Notes: generated by a model not told the origin, from the letters alone. A stretch of 38,272 nucleotides of DNA from an uncultured Methanomassiliicoccales archaeon (GCA_964640935.1 CAZXIY010000001.1:12147-50418), one strand, 5' to 3'; counted from the stretch's first letter, positions 25,247-35,074 are shown. A program made the numbers and translations.

Positions 25247-27496
25247 ATGAGGAAGCTCATAATAACTGAGAAGGCAAATGCCGCCAGAAGGATCTCCACC
25301 ATCCTGTCCGATGGGAAATCGCATTCGAAGAGCAACGGCGGTGTCACTATCATTTCATTCTCGGCCGGAGGCGACGATTACGACGTGGTCAGCCTCAGGG
25401 GCCACATTATCGAACTCGACTACTCGTCCGAGTTCAACGATTGGAGCGCGAGTTCTCCAGTAGATCTCGTTTACGCTCCGCAGGTCAAGACGGTGCGCGT
25501 CAAGAGCATACTGGACGCGATTAAGGAACTCGCCGACAAGGCCGACGAGATAATAATCGCGACCGACTACGATAGGGAAGGGGAACTCATCGGCATGGAG
25601 ACCGTGACCGCGGTCCACGTCGATATGTCGAAGGTCAAAAGGGCCAAGTTCAGCGCCCTCACCAAAGGAGAAGTGGAGGCGGCGTTCAGCAACCTCGCTC
25701 TTCCGGACGAAAGGCTCGCTGCGGCTGCCGAAGCGAGGCAGATCATCGATCTGTCATGGGGTGCCGTCCTGACGAGACTCATATCCCTGTCCGCCGGACA
25801 GGTGGGCAAGAACTTCATGTCCGTCGGAAGGGTACAGAGCCCTACGCTCAAGCTCCTGGTGGACAGGAACGACGAGATCTCCAAATTCATTCCCGTTCCG
25901 TTCTGGAAGATCATCGGAAAGTTCGGTATGCTCGCGTTCAAGGGGGAGCACGAATCCAACCCATTCTGGAAGAAGGAAGAGGCCGATGCCGCCTTCGCCA
26001 TATGCAAGGATGTTAAACAGGGTACCGTCGAGCAATACGAAGTATCCATGAAGGAAGAGTACAGACCATCCCCGTTCGACACCACGCAGATGCAGGTCGA
26101 GGCCAACAAGATCGGGATACCTCCGGCTGCAGCGATGAAGCTCGCAGAGGATCTGTACACCGGCGGTTACATCTCATATCCGCGTACCGAGAACACAGAG
26201 TATCCGAGGAGCCTCGGTCTCAGGTCGGTACTGGAGAAACTTAAGGAATCTGATTTCAAGGCCGAAGCGACGGAGATACTGTCGCAGGAGACCATATCGC
26301 CGTCCAGAGGAAAGAGAAGGACCACGGACCACCCTCCGATATACCCTACATCAGGGGCGAAATCGGAGAAGATGAAAGGCGACAAATGGAAGCTTTACGA
26401 ACTCATCGTCAGAAGGTTCCTCGCCACACTCGGACCTAATGCAGAAGCAGAGATCACCAAGTGCGTCGTCGATGTCTCCGGACAGAAGTTCAACGCCGAC
26501 GGCTATGTCCTTAAGAAAGAGGGCTGGAAGAAATATTACAAGAAATATCTGACGATACAGCACGTCACGATACCGAAACTGGAGATCGGTTCGGAGATCG
26601 ACGTGAGATCCATGGTCACCGAAGAGGCAGAGACCAAACCGCCGTACAGGTACAATCAGGGTTCTCTCATCCAGGAGATGGATAAGCTCGGGCTCGGCAC
26701 CAAAAGTACAAGGCACGACATCATCGGCAAGCTGTACTCCAGGAACTACGTCCAGGGCAACTACATGATGCCCACCGCAAGCGGCATAGCTCTCACGAAA
26801 TCGCTGGAGAAGCACGGCGGCGGCATAACCGAGCCGGAGATGACATCGAAGCTCGAGAGCGACATGGTGAAGATCAGCAGCGGAGAGAAGACCATCGAGA
26901 ACGTCGTCGAGGAATCTCAGGGAATGCTGCATGATGCCGCAGAGAAGATCGACAAGGACAGCCAGGAGATCGGCGACGAGATAAAATCGGCCCTCCACGC
27001 ACAGCAGTTCATCGGGATCTGTCCGAAATGCGGCAATAACATGACCATCAAGAAATCGAAGAACGGGAACTTCATCGGGTGCGACGGATATCCGGAATGC
27101 ACTTGCGCGTATCCTATGCCGAGAGGGGCCCTCGTCCAGACGACAGAGGAGAAATGCGAGGTATGCGGACTTCCGAAGCTCAAGGTCATAAGGAAGGGCA
27201 ACCCGCCTCAGATCATCTGCATAGACCCGAAATGCAGCAGCAACACATCCAAGACATACCTCGGAACGTGCCCGACCTGCAAGAAAGGGACCATCAGGAT
27301 AATGTACTCCAGAGCGGGAAGGCGCTTCGCCGGATGCTCCGAGTGGCCTACATGCACTCAGACGTACCCGCTTAGGCCGAGAGGGACCATAACTCCCACA
27401 GGCAAGGCCTGCGAGCTTTGCGGAGCTCCGATGATACAGCTCGGCAATATCGAGGAATGTATCAACACCGCATGCCCCAGCAGGGCCAGAAAGTGA
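25247..27496 (+). CDS. topA: type IA DNA topoisomerase with four C-terminal zinc ribbons
   Basis: Toprim N-terminus (KLIITEKANAA, ATDYDREGE), active-site GGYISYPRTEN, and four CxxC...C..C ribbons in the last ~170 aa. Confidence 0.92.
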   Translation: MRKLIITEKANAARRISTILSDGKSHSKSNGGVTIISFSAGGDDYDVVSLRGHIIELDYSSEFNDWSASSPVDLVYAPQVKTVRVKSILDAIKELADKADEIIIATDYDREGELIGMETVTAVHVDMSKVKRAKFSALTKGEVEAAFSNLALPDERLAAAAEARQIIDLSWGAVLTRLISLSAGQVGKNFMSVGRVQSPTLKLLVDRNDEISKFIPVPFWKIIGKFGMLAFKGEHESNPFWKKEEADAAFAICKDVKQGTVEQYEVSMKEEYRPSPFDTTQMQVEANKIGIPPAAAMKLAEDLYTGGYISYPRTENTEYPRSLGLRSVLEKLKESDFKAEATEILSQETISPSRGKRRTTDHPPIYPTSGAKSEKMKGDKWKLYELIVRRFLATLGPNAEAEITKCVVDVSGQKFNADGYVLKKEGWKKYYKKYLTIQHVTIPKLEIGSEIDVRSMVTEEAETKPPYRYNQGSLIQEMDKLGLGTKSTRHDIIGKLYSRNYVQGNYMMPTASGIALTKSLEKHGGGITEPEMTSKLESDMVKISSGEKTIENVVEESQGMLHDAAEKIDKDSQEIGDEIKSALHAQQFIGICPKCGNNMTIKKSKNGNFIGCDGYPECTCAYPMPRGALVQTTEEKCEVCGLPKLKVIRKGNPPQIICIDPKCSSNTSKTYLGTCPTCKKGTIRIMYSRAGRRFAGCSEWPTCTQTYPLRPRGTITPTGKACELCGAPMIQLGNIEECINTACPSRARK

Positions 27497-27498
27497 AT

Positions 27499-27954
27499 TT
27501 ATCCGATCGTCACTATGCGATGGGCAGGATCCTTGCAGTCGGGATCGTGGCAATTCGGATCCGCACAGCTGTCGCTGTCGATGAACGACACGTCTTTGCG
27601 ACCGGGTATCGTGCCAATGGCGCGTTCCGTCACCGAGCACATCACATCGTATTCGATGCCGTACACTATCACGTTGACGATCGAAGTGTAATCTCCGACC
27701 TTGTTCGCGAAGACCGACTTGGAACGGACATTGCCGTTCTCCGTCGTGCATGACAGGGACAGCAGCTCGTCGCCCGAATTGAAATTGGCTTTGATATGCC
27801 CTATGGCGGCCGCTCCGGCGGCAGCGCATCCTTTGGCTATCTCCGATATGACTCCGATGAAAACTTTATTGGCGTCATCCGCGGACATGCCGCCGAGATC
27901 TCCGCTGATCCTGACGACCGCGATCGTCGGTATGAATTCCGGATCGGACGTCAA
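27499..27954 (-). CDS. hypothetical protein, possible detached CobW_C-like domain with Cys/His/Asp-rich tail
   Basis: The only in-frame start overlapping the upstream stop is TTG (TTGA overlap at 27951-27954); the first ATG is at 27888. C-terminal tail is DSDSCADPNCHDPDCKDPAH. The domain assignment is inference only. Confidence 0.45.
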   Translation of the reverse strand: MTSDPEFIPTIAVVRISGDLGGMSADDANKVFIGVISEIAKGCAAAGAAAIGHIKANFNSGDELLSLSCTTENGNVRSKSVFANKVGDYTSIVNVIVYGIEYDVMCSVTERAIGTIPGRKDVSFIDSDSCADPNCHDPDCKDPAHRIVTIG

Positions 27955-28544
27955 TTCTCGATCGCCTCGACGGCCTGCTCGATACCTGTTCCTATATCGG
28001 CCCTTACATTCATTATAACACCAGAATATCCGAATTCCCTGATACCGTCCGTTATCTCGGATATCTCAGCATCGTCGACCGTGTCCACTTTGTTCAGAAG
28101 AACGAGATCGGCCACTTTGAGATGATTCCTCATCGGCCTCTCGAACATCTTCTTCGTCTTGACGAATCTCTCGGCGTCTATAACATCCACAATAGAGATC
28201 CTATCCACACCGAGTCCCGGAACTCCGTCCAAAGAACTGAGGATGTACGACGGATCCGCGATGCCCGTAGGCTCGACGATCACCGTATCCGGGGAGTACT
28301 GCGTGTTAAGCAGCCTGAGATCGTCTATGAGGTTTGCCTTGAGCGTACAGCAGACGCATCCGCCCTTCAAATCCCTGACCATGAGGCCATTCTTCTCGAG
28401 CACCTCGCTGTCGACCCCCATGGCACCGAAGTCGTTCTCGATGATGACGACCTTCTTCCCCTCTTTCATGAGCGGACCGGCCATCTTCAAAATTACGGAC
28501 GTCTTGCCGACACCTAGCATTCCGGACACTATGATCAGATGCAT
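27951..28544 (-). CDS. COG0523/CobW-family G3E GTPase, N-terminal domain only
   Basis: Walker A GMLGVGKTS, the hallmark GCVCC (CxCC) metal motif, VEPTGIADP, and NKVD guanine-specificity motif. At 197 aa it is shorter than full-length COG0523 proteins. Confidence 0.8.
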   Translation of the reverse strand: MHLIIVSGMLGVGKTSVILKMAGPLMKEGKKVVIIENDFGAMGVDSEVLEKNGLMVRDLKGGCVCCTLKANLIDDLRLLNTQYSPDTVIVEPTGIADPSYILSSLDGVPGLGVDRISIVDVIDAERFVKTKKMFERPMRNHLKVADLVLLNKVDTVDDAEISEITDGIREFGYSGVIMNVRADIGTGIEQAVEAIEN

Positions 28545-28578
28545 TTGAACTGCATATCGTTTCCAGAATGATAAACGT

Positions 28579-28755
28579 TTAGAGAATTGGTTCCTCGAGG
28601 TTGTTGAAATGGTTGTTCATATCGTCGATCTCTCTCGATATGCGGGCGTTGCGGCATACGGAGCATTCTAGGTCCTTGCCTAGATGGATCTTTACATCCA
28701 CCTGCGAGGAGTCGAGACCTATTATGCGTCCGCATTTGCAGTACGTCTTCCTCAT
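28579..28755 (-). CDS. small zinc-ribbon protein (58 aa)
   Basis: MRKTYCKCGRII...CSVCRNA has two Cys pairs. The first ATG is at 28755; the ORF-track start at 28830 is TTG. Lies 34 nt upstream of the COG0523 gene. Confidence 0.45.
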   Translation of the reverse strand: MRKTYCKCGRIIGLDSSQVDVKIHLGKDLECSVCRNARISREIDDMNNHFNNLEEPIL

Positions 28756-29208
28756 CCTGCCGATGCCAGCCACGCTGAATACGGTATTGGTACCGTCCGG
28801 CAAAATACGTAGCGCACCTGCATTACCCAATCTGAATACCCCTTACAAGAGTCGCGCGATCATATCCGAAAGATCGGAAATCACACGACACCACCCTGCG
28901 AAAAATACAATGCCGATACACCATATAAGCATATCCGTAACAGACATTATGAACGGTGTTAACATCCATGATTATACCCTTTAATTTCAAAGGTATCTCG
29001 TGCATGATTAAATACAATGAAAATTGCGAGCCAGACTAAACATCGTTTAGTCATAAAACGCCAAAAATCGCCAGATTTCCGATGTATCCGAACGGTTTTC
29101 CGAATTACTGTTGCAGGCTATTTATAGGGTATTTATAGGTCTGAAAAAAATCGATTTTCCAGTGGAAATAGTGGGGGTCGAAGGAGGCCTTGCGGCCCCG
29201 TTCGACGA

Positions 29209-30474
29209 TCAAATTGTAAAAGTCTTCTTACCGAGGAATACGGCCTTGGAACCGAGTTCTTCCTCTATTCTGAGGAGCTGGTTGTACTTCGCCGTACGCT
29301 CGCCGCGGGCCGGTGCTCCGGTCTTGATCTGACCGGTGCCCCATCCGACCGAGAGATCGGCAATGCTCACGTCCTCTGTCTCTCCGGAACGATGGGATAT
29401 GACGACGGAGTAGCCGTTGTCGAAGCTCATCTGGGCCGCGTCCCCGGCCTCGGAGACGGTGCCTATCTGATTGACCTTCAGGAGAAGGGCGTTGGCCGCT
29501 TTCATCTCTATGCCTTTCGCAAGACGCTTCGTGTTCGTCACGAAAATATCGTCGCCGACGATCTGCACCTTGGAACCGATCTTCTTGGTGAGTTCTGCGG
29601 TCGTCTCGTAATCGTCCTCGAAGAAAGGATCCTCGAGGCTTATGAGCGGATAGTTCTCGGTCAGCGACACGTAGTGGTCGGCGAGCTCTCCGGAGCTCAT
29701 CTTCTTCCCGTCAAGAGAATAAACACCGTTGTCGTAGAATTCGCTGGATGCGGCATCAAGGGCGAGGAACACATCTTTGCCAGGCTCATATCCTGCAGCG
29801 GATATTGCTCCGATTATCGTCTCCATCGCCTCTGCGGAAGTGTTCACAGGAGGTGCGAATCCGCCCTCGTCGCCGAGGTTGATGGCCGATACGCCGTATT
29901 TCTTCTTCAGGTTCGATTTGAGGGCCATGTAGACCTCGGACGACATCCTGAGGCACTCCGAGAACGATTTCGCTCCGGCCGGGATAATGAGGAACTCCTG
30001 TATCTTGAGATTTCCGCCGGCGTGCTTTCCGCCGTTGATGATATTCAGCATTGGGACCGGCAGTGTCACGCCGTTGTCGCCAATGTGCTCGTAGAGCGGG
30101 ACGCCGTCCGCCATGGCTCCGGCCTTGGCCGCGGCCAGGGATACTGCCACAATAGCGTTAGCTCCGAGCCTCGACTTGTTCTCCGTGCCGTCCAGCTCGA
30201 TCATGGCCATATCAATGGCGCGTTGATCTGTCGGATCCATTCCGACGAGCCTCTTGGCTATCTCCCCGCGGACGTTGCTGACAGCTGTGGCGACACCTTT
30301 GCCGCCGAATCTTTTGCCGCCATCGCGGAGTTCGCAGGCCTCCCATGAACCGGTCGATGCACCGGACGGGGCGATGGCCCTTATCCTGTGCCCTTTGATC
30401 GTTATCTCAGCCTCAACGGTCGGATTCCCCCTGGAATCCAGGACCTCCCTTGCCCATACTTTCTCGATCTTCAT
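29209..30474 (-). CDS. eno: enolase
   Basis: [31 protein letters not shown] and SHRSGETED are all present. Confidence 0.95.
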   Translation of the reverse strand: MKIEKVWAREVLDSRGNPTVEAEITIKGHRIRAIAPSGASTGSWEACELRDGGKRFGGKGVATAVSNVRGEIAKRLVGMDPTDQRAIDMAMIELDGTENKSRLGANAIVAVSLAAAKAGAMADGVPLYEHIGDNGVTLPVPMLNIINGGKHAGGNLKIQEFLIIPAGAKSFSECLRMSSEVYMALKSNLKKKYGVSAINLGDEGGFAPPVNTSAEAMETIIGAISAAGYEPGKDVFLALDAASSEFYDNGVYSLDGKKMSSGELADHYVSLTENYPLISLEDPFFEDDYETTAELTKKIGSKVQIVGDDIFVTNTKRLAKGIEMKAANALLLKVNQIGTVSEAGDAAQMSFDNGYSVVISHRSGETEDVSIADLSVGWGTGQIKTGAPARGERTAKYNQLLRIEEELGSKAVFLGKKTFTI

Positions 30475-30488
30475 TCAGATACCTTCAA

Positions 30489-31376
30489 TCAAGCTTTGTA
30501 AAGTTCCATGTCGTGAAGGAACAGTTCTTTATCCTTATCTGTGAGCGATTCGTCGCTGGTTGAAACGACCATCGACGTCGCAATCTTCGATCCGCCGTTG
30601 ATGATCTGATAGAGCATCGTCAATATAGTGTTCAGACCGTTCACTGATATGAGCTTCCCCAGATCGTCTATGACGACCACAGGCATGTTGTTCTTAGAGA
30701 CGTATTTCGTGATCTCGCCCATCAGCGTTCCGAGCTTTGACATTTCAACATACCCTATGCGCGGTTTGCTGGACAGACCCAGTATCGTGACATGGTCGTC
30801 CTTGAACCTGTCGGTGACGGTCTTGGACCTGCCTGATGTAACTATGAGAAGATTGCAGCCTTTGGAAAGAAATGAAGAAGCGACTTTGTAAACAAGTTCC
30901 GGTTCGTCCTCAAAGACCACGTATGATTTTCCGAACCTTACATCGCTGACGTCCTCTTCCTGTTTGTCATCGGGGGACGGTTTCGAAAATAGTCTGAATT
31001 TACTCTTCTTCTCGCGTACATGCTTCGCTTCTGATTCTGAAGCGATGCTGCGCACCTTGTCCAGGATGTCGGTGCTCTTGAATGGTTTTTGGATGTACCC
31101 GTAGATGAAGGGATTGTCCTTGGGGATCTGTTCCTTTCCGGTGGTGAGGATTATCGCCTTGACATCGGATCCCGCCTCCAGCGAATCGAGAACGGTCAGC
31201 CCGCTCTCTCCGCCGACCTGAGAATCAAGAATTATAGCATCAGGCCTGAACGAATCTATCTTCGCAATGGCCTCCTCGATACTGCTGGCCCTGTCTATCT
31301 CGTACCCATCGACAGTTAGGATCTCGGCAATGATCTCCTGTATGGCGATGTTGTCGTCGATTATCAGAATCTTCAT
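30489..31376 (-). CDS. response regulator receiver domain fused to DUF835-like C-terminal domain
   Basis: The REC domain has DD (IIDDN), the phospho-acceptor D in AIILDSQ, T in ILTTG and K in IQKPF. The C-terminal ~150 aa (YVVFEDEPE...LLIVTSGR...VVIDDLGKL) resembles archaeal DUF835. Confidence 0.8.
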   Translation of the reverse strand: MKILIIDDNIAIQEIIAEILTVDGYEIDRASSIEEAIAKIDSFRPDAIILDSQVGGESGLTVLDSLEAGSDVKAIILTTGKEQIPKDNPFIYGYIQKPFKSTDILDKVRSIASESEAKHVREKKSKFRLFSKPSPDDKQEEDVSDVRFGKSYVVFEDEPELVYKVASSFLSKGCNLLIVTSGRSKTVTDRFKDDHVTILGLSSKPRIGYVEMSKLGTLMGEITKYVSKNNMPVVVIDDLGKLISVNGLNTILTMLYQIINGGSKIATSMVVSTSDESLTDKDKELFLHDMELYKA

Positions 31377-31558
31377 CCACTCTCTCCCTTACGGATGAAA
31401 TTATCCAAGCACAACCATGCCTTCAAGGTATAAAACACTAACAACCCTGCCAGACTGCAGGTCTGCGATATCTAAGAGTGAAGGCCGGGCGGGTCCGCAT
31501 GGACCGCCCAAGCTAACTGTTTGAAAAGGCCTGCAGGCCGATGAGAAACAGAGGAAGC

Positions 31559-31708
31559 TTACTGCTTCCTGCTCTCTTTCGCCTTAGGCCTGAGGTTGCT
31601 GTATCCGCACTTGCGACACTTCGTCGCATGCTTGGGGTTAGTAGCGTAGCAGTTCATACAGACGGTCTTGTCCAGTAGCCTGCCCTCAGCCTCTTTGAAG
31701 CGTGCCAT
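31559..31708 (-). CDS. rpl40e: 50S ribosomal protein L40e (not in the ORF track)
   Basis: Translates as [49 protein letters not shown]. This is the classic L40e CxxC...CxxC zinc ribbon, 49 aa, TAA stop. Confidence 0.85.
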   Translation of the reverse strand: MARFKEAEGRLLDKTVCMNCYATNPKHATKCRKCGYSNLRPKAKESRKQ

Positions 31709-31813
31709 TATTATTCCTCTGAACCATCCCAATATGCAGGTATTATTTATAGGATTCGTAGAAGCTGGTCTGGTGTTCGCGAGCCATTTATACCTTCACG
31801 CCGATTCAGTGGC

Positions 31814-32239
31814 ATGGAATACGATGACTTCGCCAAATTGTACGAGCAAGGCTACGATTGCGCGCAGTCGGTCATCTTCGCCATGAAGGATAAGATCGAT
31901 GCAGATCTCCCGACGGTAATGAAGACTGTATCCTGTATGGGTATGGGTCTGTTGGAAGGGAGCGTGTGCGGTGCGGTCCTCGGCGCGTATGCCGTCATCG
32001 GCCTGAAGTACGGCAACGATCATCCTGACCTAGCTACCAAAGGTCTGGCACTGATAAAGAAGGAACAGTTCATGGCCGAATTTAAAAAGAGATACGACGG
32101 ATTCACATGCCCGCAGCTCATGAAGCTCGACATACGCAAAGAGGAAGATAACCTCAAGGCGTACAGTACCGGCGTCTACGAACACTTTTGCCCCAGGCTC
32201 TGCTACGATGTGACAGAGATACTCGAGAAGATCCTTTAG
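31814..32239 (+). CDS. C_GCAxxG_C_C family protein
   Basis: YDCAQSV, GSVCGAVLGAYAVIG, FTCPQL and HFCPRLC match the family's conserved Cys pattern. Ends in TAG. Confidence 0.75.
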   Translation: MEYDDFAKLYEQGYDCAQSVIFAMKDKIDADLPTVMKTVSCMGMGLLEGSVCGAVLGAYAVIGLKYGNDHPDLATKGLALIKKEQFMAEFKKRYDGFTCPQLMKLDIRKEEDNLKAYSTGVYEHFCPRLCYDVTEILEKIL

Positions 32240-32245
32240 GCCGAC

Positions 32246-33187
32246 TCAACGGAACAGTTCCCTCTGGGTCAGATAGTCCTTTCCTTTGGATACGCCGTCG
32301 GATGCTCCCATCTCGTGCGTCAGGAATAACGGGTTAACAGCCTCCGCGATCTCGGCCGCCCTTTCATCTGTGAACGGCCTGTGCGTATCGACAGAGCATA
32401 TGTACGCATATGCTGCAGATAAACGATCCATCACAGAAAGTTCCGAGAATCCATCGTCGTTCTGCGGACGTGAGAGTATGCCGTATGACGTGTTGCAGTG
32501 AAGATGCATCGTCATTATCGAATCCAGCATATCCTGCGGATATTTCCCGACGATGTCCAGGATCGTATCTATCGATTCGCTCTCGCTCTTCGATCCTCCT
32601 GCCGAGATCAGGAGATGTCCTGTGTCCAGGCAGAGGCCCCAGTTCTCGAATTCTATCTTCTTCTCAAGGAGCCTGTATCCGCCGGCATCCAGCATCTGAA
32701 GGCCGGGCCACCACTGGTTCTCGAAGAGCAGTCTGAAAGGCGGCTCTCCGTTCGGGAATTCGGAAACCACATCGTTCATGATCTCGGCAAATGATGACAG
32801 GACCTTGCTCGGATCGTCCGAGTATTCGGTCCTAAGAAGCTCGTCCAGATTCGCGCTTCCGGCATGCATCACGCCGTATTCCGGTTCCAATACGGAAGCT
32901 ATGCCGATGGAATCTACGATATTTTTGATTATCTGGCTCTTATCTGCCCCGTAATAAATGAAACGTATGTCTGATTCCGACAAATCGTCCGGTACCTCTC
33001 TGGTCCCGTTCCATATACCGTACCAATCCGTCGCATACGGAAGGTGCACGGAGACGACGTCGTCGGTGTATCCATCCGGTACGGGGGTGTAGCCGGTCAG
33101 CAATTCTATCCCGTCGCCGTCCGGTAGAAAATCCGACACCTCGTCCATCGGAGAGTACACGGAATGATTCACAAGATGCTGCAGCAT
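32246..33187 (-). CDS. xylose-isomerase-like TIM-barrel protein (sugar phosphate isomerase/epimerase family)
   Basis: The successive motifs MHAGS, LLFENQ, LCLDTGHL and TMHLHCN match the metal-ligand spacing of this fold. The start is 7 nt after the upstream gene's stop. Confidence 0.55.
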   Translation of the reverse strand: MLQHLVNHSVYSPMDEVSDFLPDGDGIELLTGYTPVPDGYTDDVVSVHLPYATDWYGIWNGTREVPDDLSESDIRFIYYGADKSQIIKNIVDSIGIASVLEPEYGVMHAGSANLDELLRTEYSDDPSKVLSSFAEIMNDVVSEFPNGEPPFRLLFENQWWPGLQMLDAGGYRLLEKKIEFENWGLCLDTGHLLISAGGSKSESESIDTILDIVGKYPQDMLDSIMTMHLHCNTSYGILSRPQNDDGFSELSVMDRLSAAYAYICSVDTHRPFTDERAAEIAEAVNPLFLTHEMGASDGVSKGKDYLTQRELFR

Positions 33188-33194
33188 ACGATCA

Positions 33195-33779
33195 TCAGAA
33201 GAGTTCGAAAGCCGCCGTCAGAGCGGCGGAAACTGCCGTGTGGTAGTCGGAACTGCTTCCGACTATCAGAGCGTCATTCTCTGTCATATTCGTTATCTCG
33301 CGTATCTTGCGGGCAACGGCCGGACGCTCCTTGTCCAGATCCCAATCTGGAGGGATCATTAGAGATCCGTTGCGAATGACGACGGTAGTGCAGCCGTCGG
33401 CTCCGGCCTTTATTCCGGCGTCCCTCTGCTGCATACCGTTCTCAATCTTGCCGGCCACGCCGAAGACGAGCACGGCCTGACTGTATTCCCCGACGACCGC
33501 GTCGCCCAGGTCGATGTCTACGACCTTAACGGGCAACTCGGCCAGGAAACCCAGTCCGGAGCGGGTTATTGTGATCCCCGTCTGTTTGATGCTGATCATC
33601 TCCCACTCGCGGAGGGTCTCCAGGATGCGCCTCATACTCCCCTCGCCGACGCCTATCTGCTCGGCGAGTCTCTTCCTTCCGATCCTTTTACCGTCCGAAA
33701 GGATATGCAGTGCCCAATATACGTTCGCATCCGTGAAACGGAACATTGGGCCGTACTGCGCTGCATCTATTATTCTCAT
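33195..33779 (-). CDS. winged-HTH protein (DUF4443-like), co-transcribed with SAM synthetase
   Basis: N-terminal wHTH-like RIGRKRLAEQIGVGEGSMRRILETL. The ATG lies 2 nt after the mat stop. The family assignment is tentative. Confidence 0.5.
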   Translation of the reverse strand: MRIIDAAQYGPMFRFTDANVYWALHILSDGKRIGRKRLAEQIGVGEGSMRRILETLREWEMISIKQTGITITRSGLGFLAELPVKVVDIDLGDAVVGEYSQAVLVFGVAGKIENGMQQRDAGIKAGADGCTTVVIRNGSLMIPPDWDLDKERPAVARKIREITNMTENDALIVGSSSDYHTAVSAALTAAFELF

Positions 33780-33781
33780 CC

Positions 33782-35005
33782 TCAGAACGTCCTGACCTTT
33801 CCATTGATGATAAGGTCTGTGACTTTATCAACATTGTCAAGCCAGTCATTCGCGATGACCTGTGCGTCAGATCTCCATTTCGCGAGCTTGTTCTCGTTCT
33901 CCATGGTGACGAGCTGCACGTTGCAGTTGAGCGGCTCGGTCACAGGTTTTCCGATCTGGGACAGTATCCTGACACGTACTTCGACATCGGGAGAGACCTC
34001 TTTGGCGACATCCTCGGCGATGAGCTTCGACATGACGTTGTAGATCTTTCCGATGTGCGTGATCGGGTTCTTTCCGGACGTTGCCTCCATGGACATCGGC
34101 CTGTACGGCGTGATGAGCCCGTTGGCCCTGTTGCCCCTTCCCACGGAACCGTCGTCTCCCATCTCCTGGGACATTCCGGTGCATGTGAGGTAGTACACGC
34201 CTCTGTTGTAATCGTCGCCGGTGTTGACATCGACCGTCAGATTGAGGCCGCTGTCGCCGATGATGTCGAGTGCGTTCTGTGTTACACGCTCTTTGAGATG
34301 TTCGATCGCGGATGCGTAGTGGGAAGCGTCGGCGATATGTTTGTCGACCATAGCGCAGGCGACGGTAAGTGTCATGTCGCTGCCTACTCTCGATGCCATG
34401 ACCTTGACGTCCTGGCCGGTCTCCGGGAGCTCTTTCTTCAGTTTACCGTTGATGTACTCCTCGGTATTGAGGACGAGCCTGTCGGTGATCGAGTACGGGG
34501 CGTATCCTACACCGAAGGATGTGTCGTTCGCAAGGAACTTCGAGGTCTGGTACACTCCCCTGAGGTCATCAGAACCCTGTCCGAGCCTGGCGTCGATGAC
34601 GACTTCGGAGTCGACATCGAGGTTGGGGAATGTCTTTCTGAGGTATTCCCTGGCGGCCTTCAGTGCGATAGGTTTGCACGGAAGGGATTTCACATCTTTC
34701 GTCTTGATGTCCTCGACGTGTGTGGTCGCGCGTCCGACCAATAGAATATACGACGGGTCGATGATCGTTCCGCCGCCGAATCTCGGAGCTGCCTGACCTG
34801 CGGCGATCTGCGTCTCGTCGGTGTTGTGGTGCAGCACTGTGCCGAACTCTTTTTTGTACATCCTGCACAGGGCTTTGCTCACTTCTTCAGCAAGAGCGTC
34901 TGCGACGCTGTCCGGGTGACCGATACCTTTCCTCTCGACAAGTTCGATCTTTCTCATCGGTACAGGTATCTCGCTTATTCCCTCGACGTAAATGTTCTTA
35001 GCCAT
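33782..35005 (-). CDS. mat: archaeal-type S-adenosylmethionine synthetase
   Basis: [30 protein letters not shown] and [11 protein letters not shown] are typical of archaeal MAT. The ATG at 35005 is preceded by AAGGAAGGG. The ORF-track start at 35041 adds 12 unlikely residues. Confidence 0.92.
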   Translation of the reverse strand: MAKNIYVEGISEIPVPMRKIELVERKGIGHPDSVADALAEEVSKALCRMYKKEFGTVLHHNTDETQIAAGQAAPRFGGGTIIDPSYILLVGRATTHVEDIKTKDVKSLPCKPIALKAAREYLRKTFPNLDVDSEVVIDARLGQGSDDLRGVYQTSKFLANDTSFGVGYAPYSITDRLVLNTEEYINGKLKKELPETGQDVKVMASRVGSDMTLTVACAMVDKHIADASHYASAIEHLKERVTQNALDIIGDSGLNLTVDVNTGDDYNRGVYYLTCTGMSQEMGDDGSVGRGNRANGLITPYRPMSMEATSGKNPITHIGKIYNVMSKLIAEDVAKEVSPDVEVRVRILSQIGKPVTEPLNCNVQLVTMENENKLAKWRSDAQVIANDWLDNVDKVTDLIINGKVRTF

Positions 35006-35051
35006 CTTTTTCCCTTCCTTAAAGGTTAACAATGTTGCCATGAGCTTATCG

Positions 35052-35059
35052 TTTATAAA
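35052..35059. promoter_or_regulatory. palindromic TATA box shared by divergent mat and HTH-CBS genes
   Basis: TTTATAAA ends 24 nt before the + strand ATG at 35084 and begins 46 nt from the minus-strand ATG at 35005. Confidence 0.5.
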
Positions 35060-35074
35060 TGACGTTGACGTAAT

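Noticed and set aside
26351-27829. 492-aa minus-strand ORF antisense to topA
   Set aside because: topA on the + strand has Toprim, active-site Tyr and zinc-ribbon motifs. The antisense translation is Arg/His/Leu-rich with no motifs.
28601-29017. ORFs 28601..28984 (+) and 28823..29017 (-) in the AT-rich spacer
   Set aside because: They have no motifs and odd composition, and they overlap each other and the Zn-ribbon gene. They probably arise by chance in AT-rich DNA. The region is reported as a finding instead.
32237-32329. TAG stops as possible pyrrolysine read-through (C_GCAxxG gene at 32237-32239; also folC at 21324-21326)
   Set aside because: By my count about 31 of 41 called CDS end in TGA, 7 in TAA and 3 in TAG. 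TAG is rare but clearly used as a stop. Read-through of 32237 would add 29 residues running into the convergent gene, with no sign of a conserved domain. No pyl genes or methyltransferases are present in the window.
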